From the IMG/VR virus record IMGVR_UViG_2690316273_000020: 26,408 nt of DNA; one strand, given 5' to 3'. A program made the position numbers and the translations under genes. Below the pieces are notes generated by a model. The model was given only the letters and a program-made list of their open reading frames with translations. It ran no database searches and was not told the origin of the DNA. Positions 10,145-18,864 of the stretch are shown here, piece by piece (position 1 is the stretch's first letter; every line of letters starts with the position of its first letter). This stretch comes from a virus (lineage: Duplodnaviria; Heunggongvirae; Uroviricota; Caudoviricetes).

Positions 10145-10711
10145 TCAGGGGGATTCATTACTCTTATTTGCCGGAAATTTTCTATAAATTGTGGAAACAC
10201 CCACATCAAAAATCAGTGCAATACGCTGTCTTGATTCTCTGGCCTCGAGTAAGCGTCCAATCTGTGCCCACTGTTCGGTGGTCAACTTAGGACGGCGTCC
10301 ACCTACTCTGCCTTTATCACGAGCTGCAGCCAGCCCCGCCCTGGTACGTTCAACTATCAGTTCGCGTTCCATTTCAGCCAGGGCCCCCATGACATGAAAA
10401 AAGAAACGGCCCATTGGGGTGCTGGTATCAATACTGTCAGTCAGGCTTCGGAAATTCACGCCACGCTGACGCAACTCTTCTATCAGCGTAACAAGATGCC
10501 GCATACTGCGCCCCAACCTGTCCAGCTTCCAGACAACCAGAGTGTCTCCTGCCGATAGTGTCCTGAGCAGTTTTTTAAGCCCCGGTCTGTCGGACTTAGT
10601 GCCACTGATTTTGTCCTCAAAAATCCGCTCACATCCCGCGCAGTTCAGTGCATTACGTTGCAAATCTGTGTTCTGGTCATTTGTTGACACGCGTACATAG
10701 CCAATAAGCAT
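10145..10711 (-). CDS. Serine recombinase, DNA invertase of the Hin/Gin/Cin/Pin family
   Basis: MLIGYVRVSTNDQNTDLQRNAL... is near-collinear with Mu Gin, including the catalytic Ser in YVRVSTNDQ and a C-terminal HTH. AAGGAG lies 6 nt upstream of the ATG at 10711. Confidence 0.9.
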   Translation of the reverse strand: MLIGYVRVSTNDQNTDLQRNALNCAGCERIFEDKISGTKSDRPGLKKLLRTLSAGDTLVVWKLDRLGRSMRHLVTLIEELRQRGVNFRSLTDSIDTSTPMGRFFFHVMGALAEMERELIVERTRAGLAAARDKGRVGGRRPKLTTEQWAQIGRLLEARESRQRIALIFDVGVSTIYRKFPANKSNESP

Positions 10712-10766
10712 GATCATCTCCTTGAATAAAAATCGGGGATGATGCCAGTTAGTCGTAATCGCTGCA

Positions 10767-10792
10767 TTTTCTTATACGTTGGTTTGGGAGAA
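10767..10792. repeat. Invertase crossover site (gix/hix-like), proximal to the invertase gene
   Basis: ttttcttatacgttggtttgggagaa is the reverse complement of 12625-12650 at 23 of 26 positions; half-site TTCTCCCAAACC resembles Gin/Hin half-sites. Confidence 0.65.
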
Positions 10793-11137
10793 GCGGCGAA
10801 AAGGGATGTGGGCACAGGAGATAATCAGATACCGGATATGGGAGCATTCGCTTCTGGTTCGGGATGGTTCAGGCTACCAGGTGGATATATTGTTCAGTTT
10901 GGCACTTTTTCAGGAAACACGACCCGCTTTATCAGTGGACACTTCCCTATACCATTCCCTAATCAGCCGATGGTTTCAGTCAGTGTTATGTCTGATGCCG
11001 TTCAGTCAGACCCGTCGAATCCTGCCCCGCAGGTTTTGTCTGTAAATTTTGAACATATCAGTAATTCAGCGTGGCGTGTGGCAACCAGTGATATCTCACA
11101 GCAATACAGATTCAGTTATATTTCGATAGGACGGTAG
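10793..11137 (+). CDS. Alternative tail-fibre C-terminal segment (no own start; fuses to constant H after inversion)
   Basis: The frame is open across the crossover site (..FLYVGLGEAAKRD..), mirroring ..LSYLGLGEGSALP.. at the H crossover. It ends at 11137 and is followed by its own tfa gene. Confidence 0.6.
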   Translation, partial: AAKRDVGTGDNQIPDMGAFASGSGWFRLPGGYIVQFGTFSGNTTRFISGHFPIPFPNQPMVSVSVMSDAVQSDPSNPAPQVLSVNFEHISNSAWRVATSDISQQYRFSYISIGR

Positions 11138-11139
11138 AA

Positions 11140-11580
11140 ATGCAGAAATATATTTTCAGTGCCGATAAAAATGCGTTTTTCCCTGTGGAGCTTAAAATCG
11201 CTTATCAGGAATCCGGCGAATGGCCCGGTGATGGAATCGAAATTGACGACACTGTTGCCGCCGAATTTATGAAGGAAGCACCAGAAGGAAAATACAGAGG
11301 TGTCATCGACGGAATGCCTGCATGGATTGATATTCCACCGCCAACTCATGAGGAACAAATTGCCGCAGCCGAACTGGAAAAGCAGCAATTGATTAATCAG
11401 GTCAACGAATACACACACAGTAAGCAATGGCCTGGTAAAGCGGCGATTGGTCGCCTGAAAGGTGAGGAACTGGCGCAATATAATTTGTGGCTGGATTATC
11501 TGGACGCACTGGAACTGGTCGATACTTCCAGTGCGCCAGATATTGAATGGCCTACGCCTCCGTCAGTTCAGGCCAGATGA
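11140..11580 (+). CDS. Alternative tail-fibre assembly chaperone (Tfa/U'-like)
   Basis: 146-aa ORF whose C-terminus (LDYLDALELVDTSSAPDIEWP) parallels that of G (LDYIDAVTATDTSTAPDVIWP). Convergent with G, overlapping by 29 nt. Confidence 0.75.
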   Translation: MQKYIFSADKNAFFPVELKIAYQESGEWPGDGIEIDDTVAAEFMKEAPEGKYRGVIDGMPAWIDIPPPTHEEQIAAAELEKQQLINQVNEYTHSKQWPGKAAIGRLKGEELAQYNLWLDYLDALELVDTSSAPDIEWPTPPSVQAR

Positions 11581-12157
11581 CATCCGGCGCCGTGCTGGTA
11601 TCTGTTGCCGTCACCGCGTCAATGTAATCCAGCGCAGCGTTAAGTCTGGCGGTTTCTGCCTGCGTCAGATTCCGTCCGGCCTGTAATTTCAGCTGAATCA
11701 GACCAATGGAAGCCATTGCAGCATCAATCAGTGACTGGCGCTGTGCTTCTGCCGCTTCTACTGCGGCGCTATGCTGTGCCTCAGTATCCGCCACCCATTT
11801 TTCACCATTCCATTTATCATATGGCGTTAACGGGGCGATAGTGGTTGTATTTTCAGGGTAATCACCCAGAGCGGTGATTTCTTTTGATTCTCCTGTTTCG
11901 GTGCTATAGACCGTTTCACCGCGATGGTCTGGCACATATTCCCATGAGTTTAAATCTGCCGAACGGCAGATTGCATAACCAGCTTTGTTTGAGCTCGGAG
12001 CATCTAAACAAGAACATACCGGGATACCGACACCGACAGCAAGATGTTCAGTTGATGTGGCAATATATTCCCGTGTTTCGCCATCATAATTATAAACGGT
12101 AACACTCCCCGCCTTTGTAGCAATAAGCTCACTATTTAATACAACTTTATTCATCAT
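11552..12157 (-). CDS. G: Tail-fibre assembly protein G (currently expressed orientation)
   Basis: 201-aa ORF immediately downstream of H with a 4-nt overlap; Tfa-family C-terminal motif. Confidence 0.85.
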   Translation of the reverse strand: MMNKVVLNSELIATKAGSVTVYNYDGETREYIATSTEHLAVGVGIPVCSCLDAPSSNKAGYAICRSADLNSWEYVPDHRGETVYSTETGESKEITALGDYPENTTTIAPLTPYDKWNGEKWVADTEAQHSAAVEAAEAQRQSLIDAAMASIGLIQLKLQAGRNLTQAETARLNAALDYIDAVTATDTSTAPDVIWPELTEA

Positions 12158-13686
12158 GCTGCCCTTACAATGTAGTTAAACGCGATATTTCTTGGACGGT
12201 TTTCAGATGCAGTTACAACTCCAGGAGCAGCACTGGCATCGAAGTCTATACCTTCAGCAATTTTGTCAGTGGCTGAAGTGTTTGTGACATAAGCACTTTG
12301 AACTCTTGATGCTACTTTAAGAGCACCAGCAGCGAAAGTAATCAAAGCACTGCTCGATCCAGGTCTGATATTAAATCCTCCAGTTATATTTCTTATTGCA
12401 TCCCCTTGAGATGATAACAAATCTCGACCAGCATCCACCCCGCGCCCATCATCCCAGCCGCGAATGAATTCACCGCGTAAATCAGGCAATTTATTTGTTG
12501 GATAAGCCTTTGCCAGTTCCGGGTATTCTTCTGCAGAAAAAGGCGCACCGTTGCATTTCAGCCAGCCTGTTGGCGGTGTGGCTGAAGGCCATGGAACAGG
12601 CACACCAACGGGTAATGCCGAACCTTCTCCCAAACCAAGGTATGAGAGAAGACCAGCGACATCCTTTCCACTCAAATTAGTCAGCGTATTGTCCAGCGGT
12701 TGTTTACCTGCCAGCGCATTAAGCATTGTCGTGGCAAAGTTCGGATCATTCCCCAGTGCCGCCGCCAGTTCGCTCAGTGTATCCAGTGCAGCAGGTGCAG
12801 ACCCCACCATTGCTGCAATTGCCGATTTCACAAAAGCCGTGGTGGCAATCTGTGTATTGTTAACCGACTGTGCGGCAGTGGGGGCTGTTGGCGTTCCGGT
12901 GAGTGCCGGACTTGACAGCGGCGCTTTCAGTGCCAGCGCATTGTTAATGGTGGTACTGAATTTCGGATCATTGTTAATGGCTGCGGCTAATTCTTTCAGC
13001 GTGTCCAGCGTGGCTGGCGCACCATTAATCAGGGCCGTCAGTGCCGCCTGAACAAACGCGGTGGTCGCAACCTGCGTGGTGTTATTCCCTGCCGCTGGCG
13101 TTGGCGCTTTTGGTGTCCCGGTAAACGTCGGACTTTCTTTCTGTGCATACTGTGAATGCGGGTCCGGTGCGGCAAGATGTTTTGCCATCTGATCATCCAC
13201 GTACACCTTCAGCTCCAGTACCTTGTCATCCACATACTTGCGGGTTGCCAGCACTACGGCAGGGTCGATTTTCAGGGTGATATTGTCCGTGCTGCTGGTA
13301 ATCAGCACCATGCGCACGGTCTGGGTACGCCCGCTGCCTTCAGCCAGTTGCGGTTTATAGCTTTCCGGGCAGTTCCCCACGGCAATCAATGCCCCTGACT
13401 CATCAAACAGGCCCACTTCACGTATCCACCAACCGCCCTCGTTTTCAGGGATCACCTGTTCAGCAATAATCTGGCTGCTGTTCTGCGGGTCGATATAGAG
13501 CATATTCAGCGCAGCCCGGCGTTTCTCATTTACCAGTGCCGTCTGCTTTGCGTCCGGCGTCGGCAATGCTCCGCCGCCATCGCCCACCGCCATATGGGTA
13601 ATTTTTAGCGGCACACCGAGCGCGGCGGCGCTGGCAAGTTTCGCCGCGCCAATATCCGTCAGCAGGGTATAAAATTTTGTGCTCAT
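12154..13686 (-). CDS. H: Tail fibre protein H (constant N-terminal part plus currently joined variable C-terminus)
   Basis: 510-aa ORF after I; the crossover site lies inside it at about codon 345, so the last about 165 aa sit within the invertible segment. Confidence 0.9.
   Translation of the reverse strand: MSTKFYTLLTDIGAAKLASAAALGVPLKITHMAVGDGGGALPTPDAKQTALVNEKRRAALNMLYIDPQNSSQIIAEQVIPENEGGWWIREVGLFDESGALIAVGNCPESYKPQLAEGSGRTQTVRMVLITSSTDNITLKIDPAVVLATRKYVDDKVLELKVYVDDQMAKHLAAPDPHSQYAQKESPTFTGTPKAPTPAAGNNTTQVATTAFVQAALTALINGAPATLDTLKELAAAINNDPKFSTTINNALALKAPLSSPALTGTPTAPTAAQSVNNTQIATTAFVKSAIAAMVGSAPAALDTLSELAAALGNDPNFATTMLNALAGKQPLDNTLTNLSGKDVAGLLSYLGLGEGSALPVGVPVPWPSATPPTGWLKCNGAPFSAEEYPELAKAYPTNKLPDLRGEFIRGWDDGRGVDAGRDLLSSQGDAIRNITGGFNIRPGSSSALITFAAGALKVASRVQSAYVTNTSATDKIAEGIDFDASAAPGVVTASENRPRNIAFNYIVRAA
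12625..12650. repeat. Invertase crossover site (gix/hix-like) inside H
   Basis: ttctcccaaaccaaggtatgagagaa is an inverted copy of 10767-10792 (23/26); it encodes LSYLGLGE in the H frame. Confidence 0.65.
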
Positions 13687-14288
13687 GGATTCACTCTCAT
13701 TGTGTCAATAACATGGACCGCCCCGCCTTCATGCGCGGTGCCACCGGAAATAATCGTTTCGTTGATATACGGATAGATCGTGATTTCTTCGCCAAGATAG
13801 CTGGCGGCTCCCACCCAATGCGGGCCGCTGGTCTGCAGATTGATGGACATGCCGATCATGTGGCGGCTACATGGTTTGGCATCGCTTATCAGTCGCTCAA
13901 GTTCCAGATAGGTATCTTCAGTGATGCCCTGGTCCTGCACGCCGATATCCAGGCGAAACGTGCCCGGTGCCTCTCCGGTTTGCCACCACTCAATAATGCG
14001 GATCAGAAAGCCGAACGGCTCCACCACCCGCCGCACGGCACTGGTGGTCCCTTTATGCTGATGAATATAAAAAGCATCCTTCACCACCTGGCGCTTGACG
14101 CTTTCTGTCCAGCCCTCGTCCCAGCGATCCACAGAGAACGCCCAGGCGAGATAAGGCAGGAAACTGACCGGACAGGTTGCCGGATTCCACAAGTCACGAA
14201 GCGGCACCTGCAGATCAGAAATCCCGCTGCAGGTTTGCGCCAGTCGGCGCTCCAGTGGTGTTGAACCCGGTGGCAGCAGACTATTCAT
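13683..14288 (-). CDS. I: Baseplate protein I
   Basis: 201-aa ORF with the gpI-like block RDLWNPATCP..LPYLAWAFSVDRWDE; 4-nt overlap with H. Confidence 0.85.
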   Translation of the reverse strand: MNSLLPPGSTPLERRLAQTCSGISDLQVPLRDLWNPATCPVSFLPYLAWAFSVDRWDEGWTESVKRQVVKDAFYIHQHKGTTSAVRRVVEPFGFLIRIIEWWQTGEAPGTFRLDIGVQDQGITEDTYLELERLISDAKPCSRHMIGMSINLQTSGPHWVGAASYLGEEITIYPYINETIISGGTAHEGGAVHVIDTMRVNP

Positions 14289-15189
14289 CCGTTCCTCCGT
14301 TGGTTACGCTCCACTGCGTACATGATGCCGCCTGTGCTTTGTTCAGGACCACATCCGCCAGAGGAGAAGCCAGCTCCACACGCTGCACACCCTCAACATG
14401 CAGGGCGGCAAAGATGGCGCTACGGCGAATATCCCGACCAAGACGCGTCTGACTGGCGATGTACTTCTGCAGGCTGGCTTTTGCCGCTGCCATTACCGGC
14501 TCTGCTTCCGGTCCCGGATAGAGAAAAATGGTGGCTTCCACGCGATACGGGATGATTTCTGCGCTGCGAACCGTAAGACGGTCAGCCACCGGGCGGACGT
14601 TCTCACTGTTCAGAGCTTTTTCCACCACGTCCAGCAGGTCTTTTTCTGCAGTTCCATCGCCTTCGCGGCTAAGGACTGTCAGCACCACCTCTGCAGGTGC
14701 CGGGCTGGTTGCACTGGCATCCGCCACCCGACCGTCGGCGCTTCGGGCATGAAATTCATAAGCTGCAGTTGGCCCCGCAACTGAAAGCCCTTCAAAGGCT
14801 GCAGGCACACGCAGGCGTAACGCTTCATCGCTTTCCATCACAGCTGCAACGGGCGGCACAGCGTCATTATCAGCAGGCGTCACCGTCAGGCGTTTCACGT
14901 TGTAGTTGGCAGCGAGCTGGTCAAGATCGCTGCCCATCGCGTAAGCCACCATCACAGCCTGCGCGGCTTCGTTAATGCGCTGGCGCAGAAGCAACTCACG
15001 GTAAGCGTTCTCCTGCAGCAATTTGGTGACGGGTTCAGATTCCAGTTTCAGCGTGCGGATCACTGCTTCCTGCTCATCTTTCGGATGAAGCGCAACAAAT
15101 TCGGCCTTGCGTTCGGCAAGCAGCGTCTCAAAGTCCGGCACATCCACAATCTGCGGCGCAGGCAACTGCGAAAGGTCAATCACTGCCAT
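14281..15189 (-). CDS. J: Baseplate assembly protein J
   Basis: gpJ-like. Start placed at MAVIDLSQLP (ATG 15187-15189) with AGGAG upstream; the ORF-track start at 15228 is likely upstream read-through. Confidence 0.85.
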   Translation of the reverse strand: MAVIDLSQLPAPQIVDVPDFETLLAERKAEFVALHPKDEQEAVIRTLKLESEPVTKLLQENAYRELLLRQRINEAAQAVMVAYAMGSDLDQLAANYNVKRLTVTPADNDAVPPVAAVMESDEALRLRVPAAFEGLSVAGPTAAYEFHARSADGRVADASATSPAPAEVVLTVLSREGDGTAEKDLLDVVEKALNSENVRPVADRLTVRSAEIIPYRVEATIFLYPGPEAEPVMAAAKASLQKYIASQTRLGRDIRRSAIFAALHVEGVQRVELASPLADVVLNKAQAASCTQWSVTNGGTDE

Positions 15190-15535
15190 TCTCTGCTCCT
15201 GTTGATACGGAAAGGGAAACAGGCACACCGTTATTACGCCGCCCGCTCAGCGCCACCACCATTGAACCGTCAAAATTGCTGTTGATGGTGATGGAATCCA
15301 GCGTCATCCGTGGCTCCCAGCGACTCAGCGCCACATACACTGCCGACATGACCTGCAGGCGTAATGCCGGATTTTGTGGCTGGTCTATCAGTGCCGACAG
15401 CAGGGAACCATATTCACGGCGAGCAATGCGGCTACCCTGCGGCGTCAGCAGAATGTCCCGCACCGACTGGCGCAGATGGTCAATATCAGTAATGGCTTTA
15501 CCGCTGGTATTGTTCATCCCGCTATAAAGCGTCAT
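15176..15535 (-). CDS. W: Baseplate wedge protein W
   Basis: 119-aa ORF between V and J; gpW-like. Confidence 0.85.
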   Translation of the reverse strand: MTLYSGMNNTSGKAITDIDHLRQSVRDILLTPQGSRIARREYGSLLSALIDQPQNPALRLQVMSAVYVALSRWEPRMTLDSITINSNFDGSMVVALSGRRNNGVPVSLSVSTGAENGSD

Positions 15536-16110
15536 ACCGGGCCTCCGGTTGTATCGCCGCCTTTCAGGACGCCAGTATGCTGATGCGCATCAACCACGAT
15601 CCCGTTAGAACTCATCGCTCCGCCGCCCTGGGTAACGCCACCATTGATCACCACTTCGCTGTTAATGCGCGTGCGGTCAGCCTCCAGTACAAACTCACTG
15701 GTTTTCATGGTGATGTTGTCAGCGGCCTCAATGACCATTGATTTGATGCCCCTGACATACCAGCGCCCGGTGGCGGGTTCATATTCAAACCAGCCACCGT
15801 CAGGATGTTCTGTCACGCAGGCGTCCGCCGACGTCGACGGTGGTGCGAACTGATTCGAATAGACAGCGGGCAGCGCAAAGGCAGTCTCCAGATTGCCGCC
15901 CAGACTCAGCAGCACCACCTGCTCACCTTCTGATGGTTTCCACCATGTGCGGGCATTACCCGCGCGCAGCGTCAGCCAGTTAATCCAGTTAGTTTCAAGG
16001 TCGCCCGTTTTCACCCGGCAAAGCCAGTTTGTCCTGTCCACTTCGGTGACTACCCCAGTGCGGATCAGGTTGGTGATAAGGCGCATGATTTCGGTTAATT
16101 GTGCGTTCAT
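15532..16110 (-). CDS. V: Baseplate spike protein V
   Basis: 192-aa ORF with an N-terminus resembling P2 gpV (MN...IRTG); 4-nt overlap with W. Confidence 0.85.
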   Translation of the reverse strand: MNAQLTEIMRLITNLIRTGVVTEVDRTNWLCRVKTGDLETNWINWLTLRAGNARTWWKPSEGEQVVLLSLGGNLETAFALPAVYSNQFAPPSTSADACVTEHPDGGWFEYEPATGRWYVRGIKSMVIEAADNITMKTSEFVLEADRTRINSEVVINGGVTQGGGAMSSNGIVVDAHQHTGVLKGGDTTGGPV

Positions 16111-16156
16111 AGGGAAAGGTTGCCATCAGGGGAAGAAAGGCGGCAGTGCTGCAACT

Positions 16157-16174
16157 TGTATCAGTGCTGATACA
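16157..16174. promoter_or_regulatory. Candidate Ogr-dependent late promoter element (P_V-like): TGT-N12-ACA within a perfect 9-2-9 palindrome
   Basis: ttgtatcagtgctgatacaa (16156-16175) lies in the S-V intergenic gap, centred 55 nt upstream of the V ATG. No U-tract follows on either strand, so it is not a terminator. Confidence 0.4.
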
Positions 16175-16178
16175 AAAA

Positions 16179-16625
16179 TCACCCCGCCAGCCATTGCAGA
16201 ATCATGTCGCGGGTCATTGCCTCAACATCATCATTTACACCCAGAAGGCGACGCTCTGCGTAACGGACCTCCGGTCCTTTGCGGCTGACGCGATCACGTA
16301 AGCCGTAGTGATGAACACGGGCAATGCGCTGTACCTTGCCTTCAAACTGCACGCTGGCAGAGTCGGCGCTGGCGGCAGTTTTCAGGTATTTTGTGGTGCG
16401 CAGCTTTGTAAACATCTGACGTTTGATGCGCCCCTTTTTGCTGCGTGCTGTTACCCTGCGCGGCTCATAACTGCTGCCATCAGGATTGCGCTGCATCCTG
16501 ATGTTCTGCTGCTGTGTCCGGCGCAGTTCCTGCGCCAGCTGGCGCATCATGCGGCTTCTTGCGGCTGGCTCCAGATTCGCCAATAATGCACTCAGCCAGT
16601 TGTCCACCTTCTGCAGTTCAGCCAC
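16179..16625 (-). CDS. S: Tail completion protein S
   Basis: 148-aa ORF; gpS-like; 8-nt overlap with R. Confidence 0.85.
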   Translation of the reverse strand: MAELQKVDNWLSALLANLEPAARSRMMRQLAQELRRTQQQNIRMQRNPDGSSYEPRRVTARSKKGRIKRQMFTKLRTTKYLKTAASADSASVQFEGKVQRIARVHHYGLRDRVSRKGPEVRYAERRLLGVNDDVEAMTRDMILQWLAG

Positions 16626-17049
16626 GTTTCACCGTCCACATTTCTTCAGGTTCATCAGGTTCCGCTACCGCTTCAACGTTCGACACACTGCCGTCAGTGC
16701 TGACTAGCACACGCTCCGTCAGTTGCAGGTTAAGGCTGATATCACAGACATCGTTGCGCAGAATATCCACCTCAAAGGTGAATAGCTTTTCCCGTAACGC
16801 CGGGTTATTGATGGCATCGGGCTGGTTATCCCGCAGCCACAGCAAAACCGGGGCCATCAGCAGATTCTGGTCGCCGCTGAAATCCTCAATCACCACGTTC
16901 AGGGTGTAGCGGTACTCCCATGACATGGAGCTGGCCCCCGTGGCAACCAGCGAACCGTTATCCACAAACAGATGCAGTTTGTCCGGGTTATTGCGGACAT
17001 AAGGCACCGCTTTATTGAGGGCGTGGCGCAGGGATTGTGGTTTGTTCAC
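16618..17049 (-). CDS. R: Tail completion protein R
   Basis: gpR-like. A GTG start at 17047-17049 (NKPQSLRHAL, compare P2 MLKPDSLRRAL) with AGGAG upstream is likely; the ORF track extends to 17070. Confidence 0.8.
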   Translation of the reverse strand: MNKPQSLRHALNKAVPYVRNNPDKLHLFVDNGSLVATGASSMSWEYRYTLNVVIEDFSGDQNLLMAPVLLWLRDNQPDAINNPALREKLFTFEVDILRNDVCDISLNLQLTERVLVSTDGSVSNVEAVAEPDEPEEMWTVKRG

Positions 17050-17302
17050 TGTTTCGCTCCTGACACGCAATAATCATGTCCACTTTGTCTGCACAGACCG
17101 CCCAGGCGGCCTCCGTTTCATCCAGCAATGCGTTCAGATCACCGTTAGTGCGCGGCGCTGTCTGATCCAGCCGACACGGCGTCACTCGCGGACAACCACT
17201 GACGGTAAGCTGCACCTCCGGTGAGTGCCGGACGTTCCCGCAGCCGGATAATGTCAGCAGGCAAAGGAGTATCAGCCCAGCGGCGTAAATCCTCGTTCTC
17301 AC
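17012..17302 (-). CDS. lysC: LysC, Rz1-like outer-membrane lipoprotein spanin
   Basis: 96-aa ORF in an alternate frame, starting inside lysB and running into R; signal peptide with lipobox LTLSGC. Confidence 0.7.
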   Translation of the reverse strand: MRTRIYAAGLILLCLLTLSGCGNVRHSPEVQLTVSGCPRVTPCRLDQTAPRTNGDLNALLDETEAAWAVCADKVDMIIACQERNSEQTTIPAPRPQ

Positions 17303-17573
17303 GTTTCAGTTCCTCGATCCGGCGTTGTCGTTGTCTCAGCTGTGCGCTGGTCTGTTCTGCTTCGGCATAGAGCCGCGCCTGCTCCCGGTTATTGGTTTCA
17401 GTCAGAATGGACAGGCTGATAAGCTGGCTGTTGCTCTTTGCCAGTGCCTGGCTTTTGCTCTGCAGCTCGTTTGCCTGCGTGCTGATGGTCTGGCTGGCAT
17501 CAGCCAGCCGCCACGTCTGCCAGCCCAGCGCCGCCAGTAATAACGCCAGCACAACCAGCAGCAACCGGTTCAT
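17145..17573 (-). CDS. lysB: LysB, Rz-like inner-membrane spanin
   Basis: 142 aa with an N-terminal TM helix (LLLVVLALLLAALGW) and a coiled-coil-rich periplasmic part; contains lysC. Confidence 0.8.
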   Translation of the reverse strand: MNRLLLVVLALLLAALGWQTWRLADASQTISTQANELQSKSQALAKSNSQLISLSILTETNNREQARLYAEAEQTSAQLRQRQRRIEELKRENEDLRRWADTPLPADIIRLRERPALTGGAAYRQWLSASDAVSAGSDSAAH

Positions 17574-17947
17574 GCTGCTACCTGTTGCGCCATCTGATTA
17601 CGGGTGATCCAGAAGGCAATAACGGTCAGCAGATAAAAGACCAGGGTAATAGCCCACCCCGTCCATGCGAGACTTACAACAATCAGCAATCGCATCACCC
17701 AACAGATAAATACATTTTCTTTTCGGGTAATTGTCTTCAGCAAAGATGTCCTTAACTCCTGCCAGAGCGGGCCATTCTGAATTAACGCAGCCAGTGCTAC
17801 CGGAATTACCGCCCATGTCAGCAAACAGGCTACCCAAACGCCGGACGCTGCCAGTACCGGAAAGATCCCCTGCGGATACACCATTGCTGCGATTAACAGC
17901 GCCATCCATAACATCAGAAACAGTCCGCTGATTAATTTCTTTTTCAT
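17570..17947 (-). CDS. lysA: LysA, multi-TM lysis-timing protein
   Basis: Start chosen at MKKKLISGLF (17947), directly after the K stop; about 4 predicted TM helices; position as in P2. Confidence 0.7.
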   Translation of the reverse strand: MKKKLISGLFLMLWMALLIAAMVYPQGIFPVLAASGVWVACLLTWAVIPVALAALIQNGPLWQELRTSLLKTITRKENVFICWVMRLLIVVSLAWTGWAITLVFYLLTVIAFWITRNQMAQQVAA

Positions 17948-17948
17948 T

Positions 17949-18461
17949 TCAGTTTGCTCCCTGTAAACACCAGGCCATCTCCCGCGCACGGCGGTTATCC
18001 AGCCCCTGATTAAACACACCTTTTACATAAACCCAGCGCGGCAACTGTCGGCACGCATCCGCCCAGCGCCGCTGATTGAGCAATTTCACCAGCGTGGAAC
18101 TACAGGCATTGCCCGTCCCCACGTTGAAGGCAAACGACACCGTAGCGTCATACACCTTCTGTGGTGGCTGTTGCTTCACACACCTTTCCAGTGCCCGCTC
18201 CACACGCAGCACGTTGGAGATCAGCCCTTCTGCTGCCTGTCGTTCCGTGATTGTTTTGCCGGGAATGACGCCCGACGTATTACCAATGCCGTCGGTCCAG
18301 ACACCCGCGCTGCACTGATACGGCTGCAGACGACAACCTTCGTAATCGGCAATCAGTTTCAGCCCTTCCACGGAGGTGTGAAGCTGCTGAAAACCCGGCA
18401 GCGTGGCAGCAATAGCCAGCACGGCCCCGACAAGGCAGCGTTTAACGATTGATGGATTCAT
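17949..18461 (-). CDS. K: Endolysin K, SAR-type lysozyme (P1 Lyz / P21 R21-like)
   Basis: N-terminal weakly hydrophobic Gly/Ala-rich SAR segment (CLVGAVLAIAATLPGF); Cys9, Glu41, Cys43, Cys50, Thr56 arranged as I recall for P1 Lyz; C-terminal blocks resemble R21 (FNVGTGN..STL, RQLPRW). Confidence 0.85.
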   Translation of the reverse strand: MNPSIVKRCLVGAVLAIAATLPGFQQLHTSVEGLKLIADYEGCRLQPYQCSAGVWTDGIGNTSGVIPGKTITERQAAEGLISNVLRVERALERCVKQQPPQKVYDATVSFAFNVGTGNACSSTLVKLLNQRRWADACRQLPRWVYVKGVFNQGLDNRRAREMAWCLQGAN

Positions 18462-18657
18462 AGTCCTCCCGCGAGATCTGCCCGTCGCGCAGAAGCTGGT
18501 AGGCTTTGTGTTTGTAGTACCAGTTGATAGCCAGCATCAGCACACCAATCATCAGGCCGCCCAGCGTTGAGGCATCCTTGATGGACAAATCGCCCAGCCA
18601 GGCCAGCACAACGGCGATGCAGTACGTGATAAAGGCGCTGATTCGCTCAAGCGTCAT
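18442..18657 (-). CDS. Y: Holin Y (two predicted TM domains; possibly a pinholin)
   Basis: 71-aa ORF with two hydrophobic segments and a charged C-terminus, immediately upstream of and overlapping K. Confidence 0.65.
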   Translation of the reverse strand: MTLERISAFITYCIAVVLAWLGDLSIKDASTLGGLMIGVLMLAINWYYKHKAYQLLRDGQISREDYESINR

Positions 18658-18660
18658 AAT

Positions 18661-18864
18661 TCAGTCCCATAGCTGGACGGTCTGCACGGTGGTGGTGGCC
18701 GGAATGTCCGGCAGCTCCACCTGCAGCCCGTGAGGTAAAAAGGGGCCATATTCGGCAAGCCCCGGATTTGCCTTCAGTACCTGCTCCGTGACACCCTGCG
18801 TGCGCCCGTAATGACGCCAGCAAAGCGCGTCCACCGTGTCATACTGATGCGCACGCACTTTCAT
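18661..18864 (-). CDS. X: Tail protein X
   Basis: 67-aa ORF between L and Y, the same length as P2 gpX. Confidence 0.8.
   Translation of the reverse strand: MKVRAHQYDTVDALCWRHYGRTQGVTEQVLKANPGLAEYGPFLPHGLQVELPDIPATTTVQTVQLWD

Noticed and set aside
12551-13398. Plus-strand ORFs inside the tail-fibre gene H
   Set aside because: Antisense to H; repetitive Ala/Ser-rich translations typical of GC-rich antisense frames.
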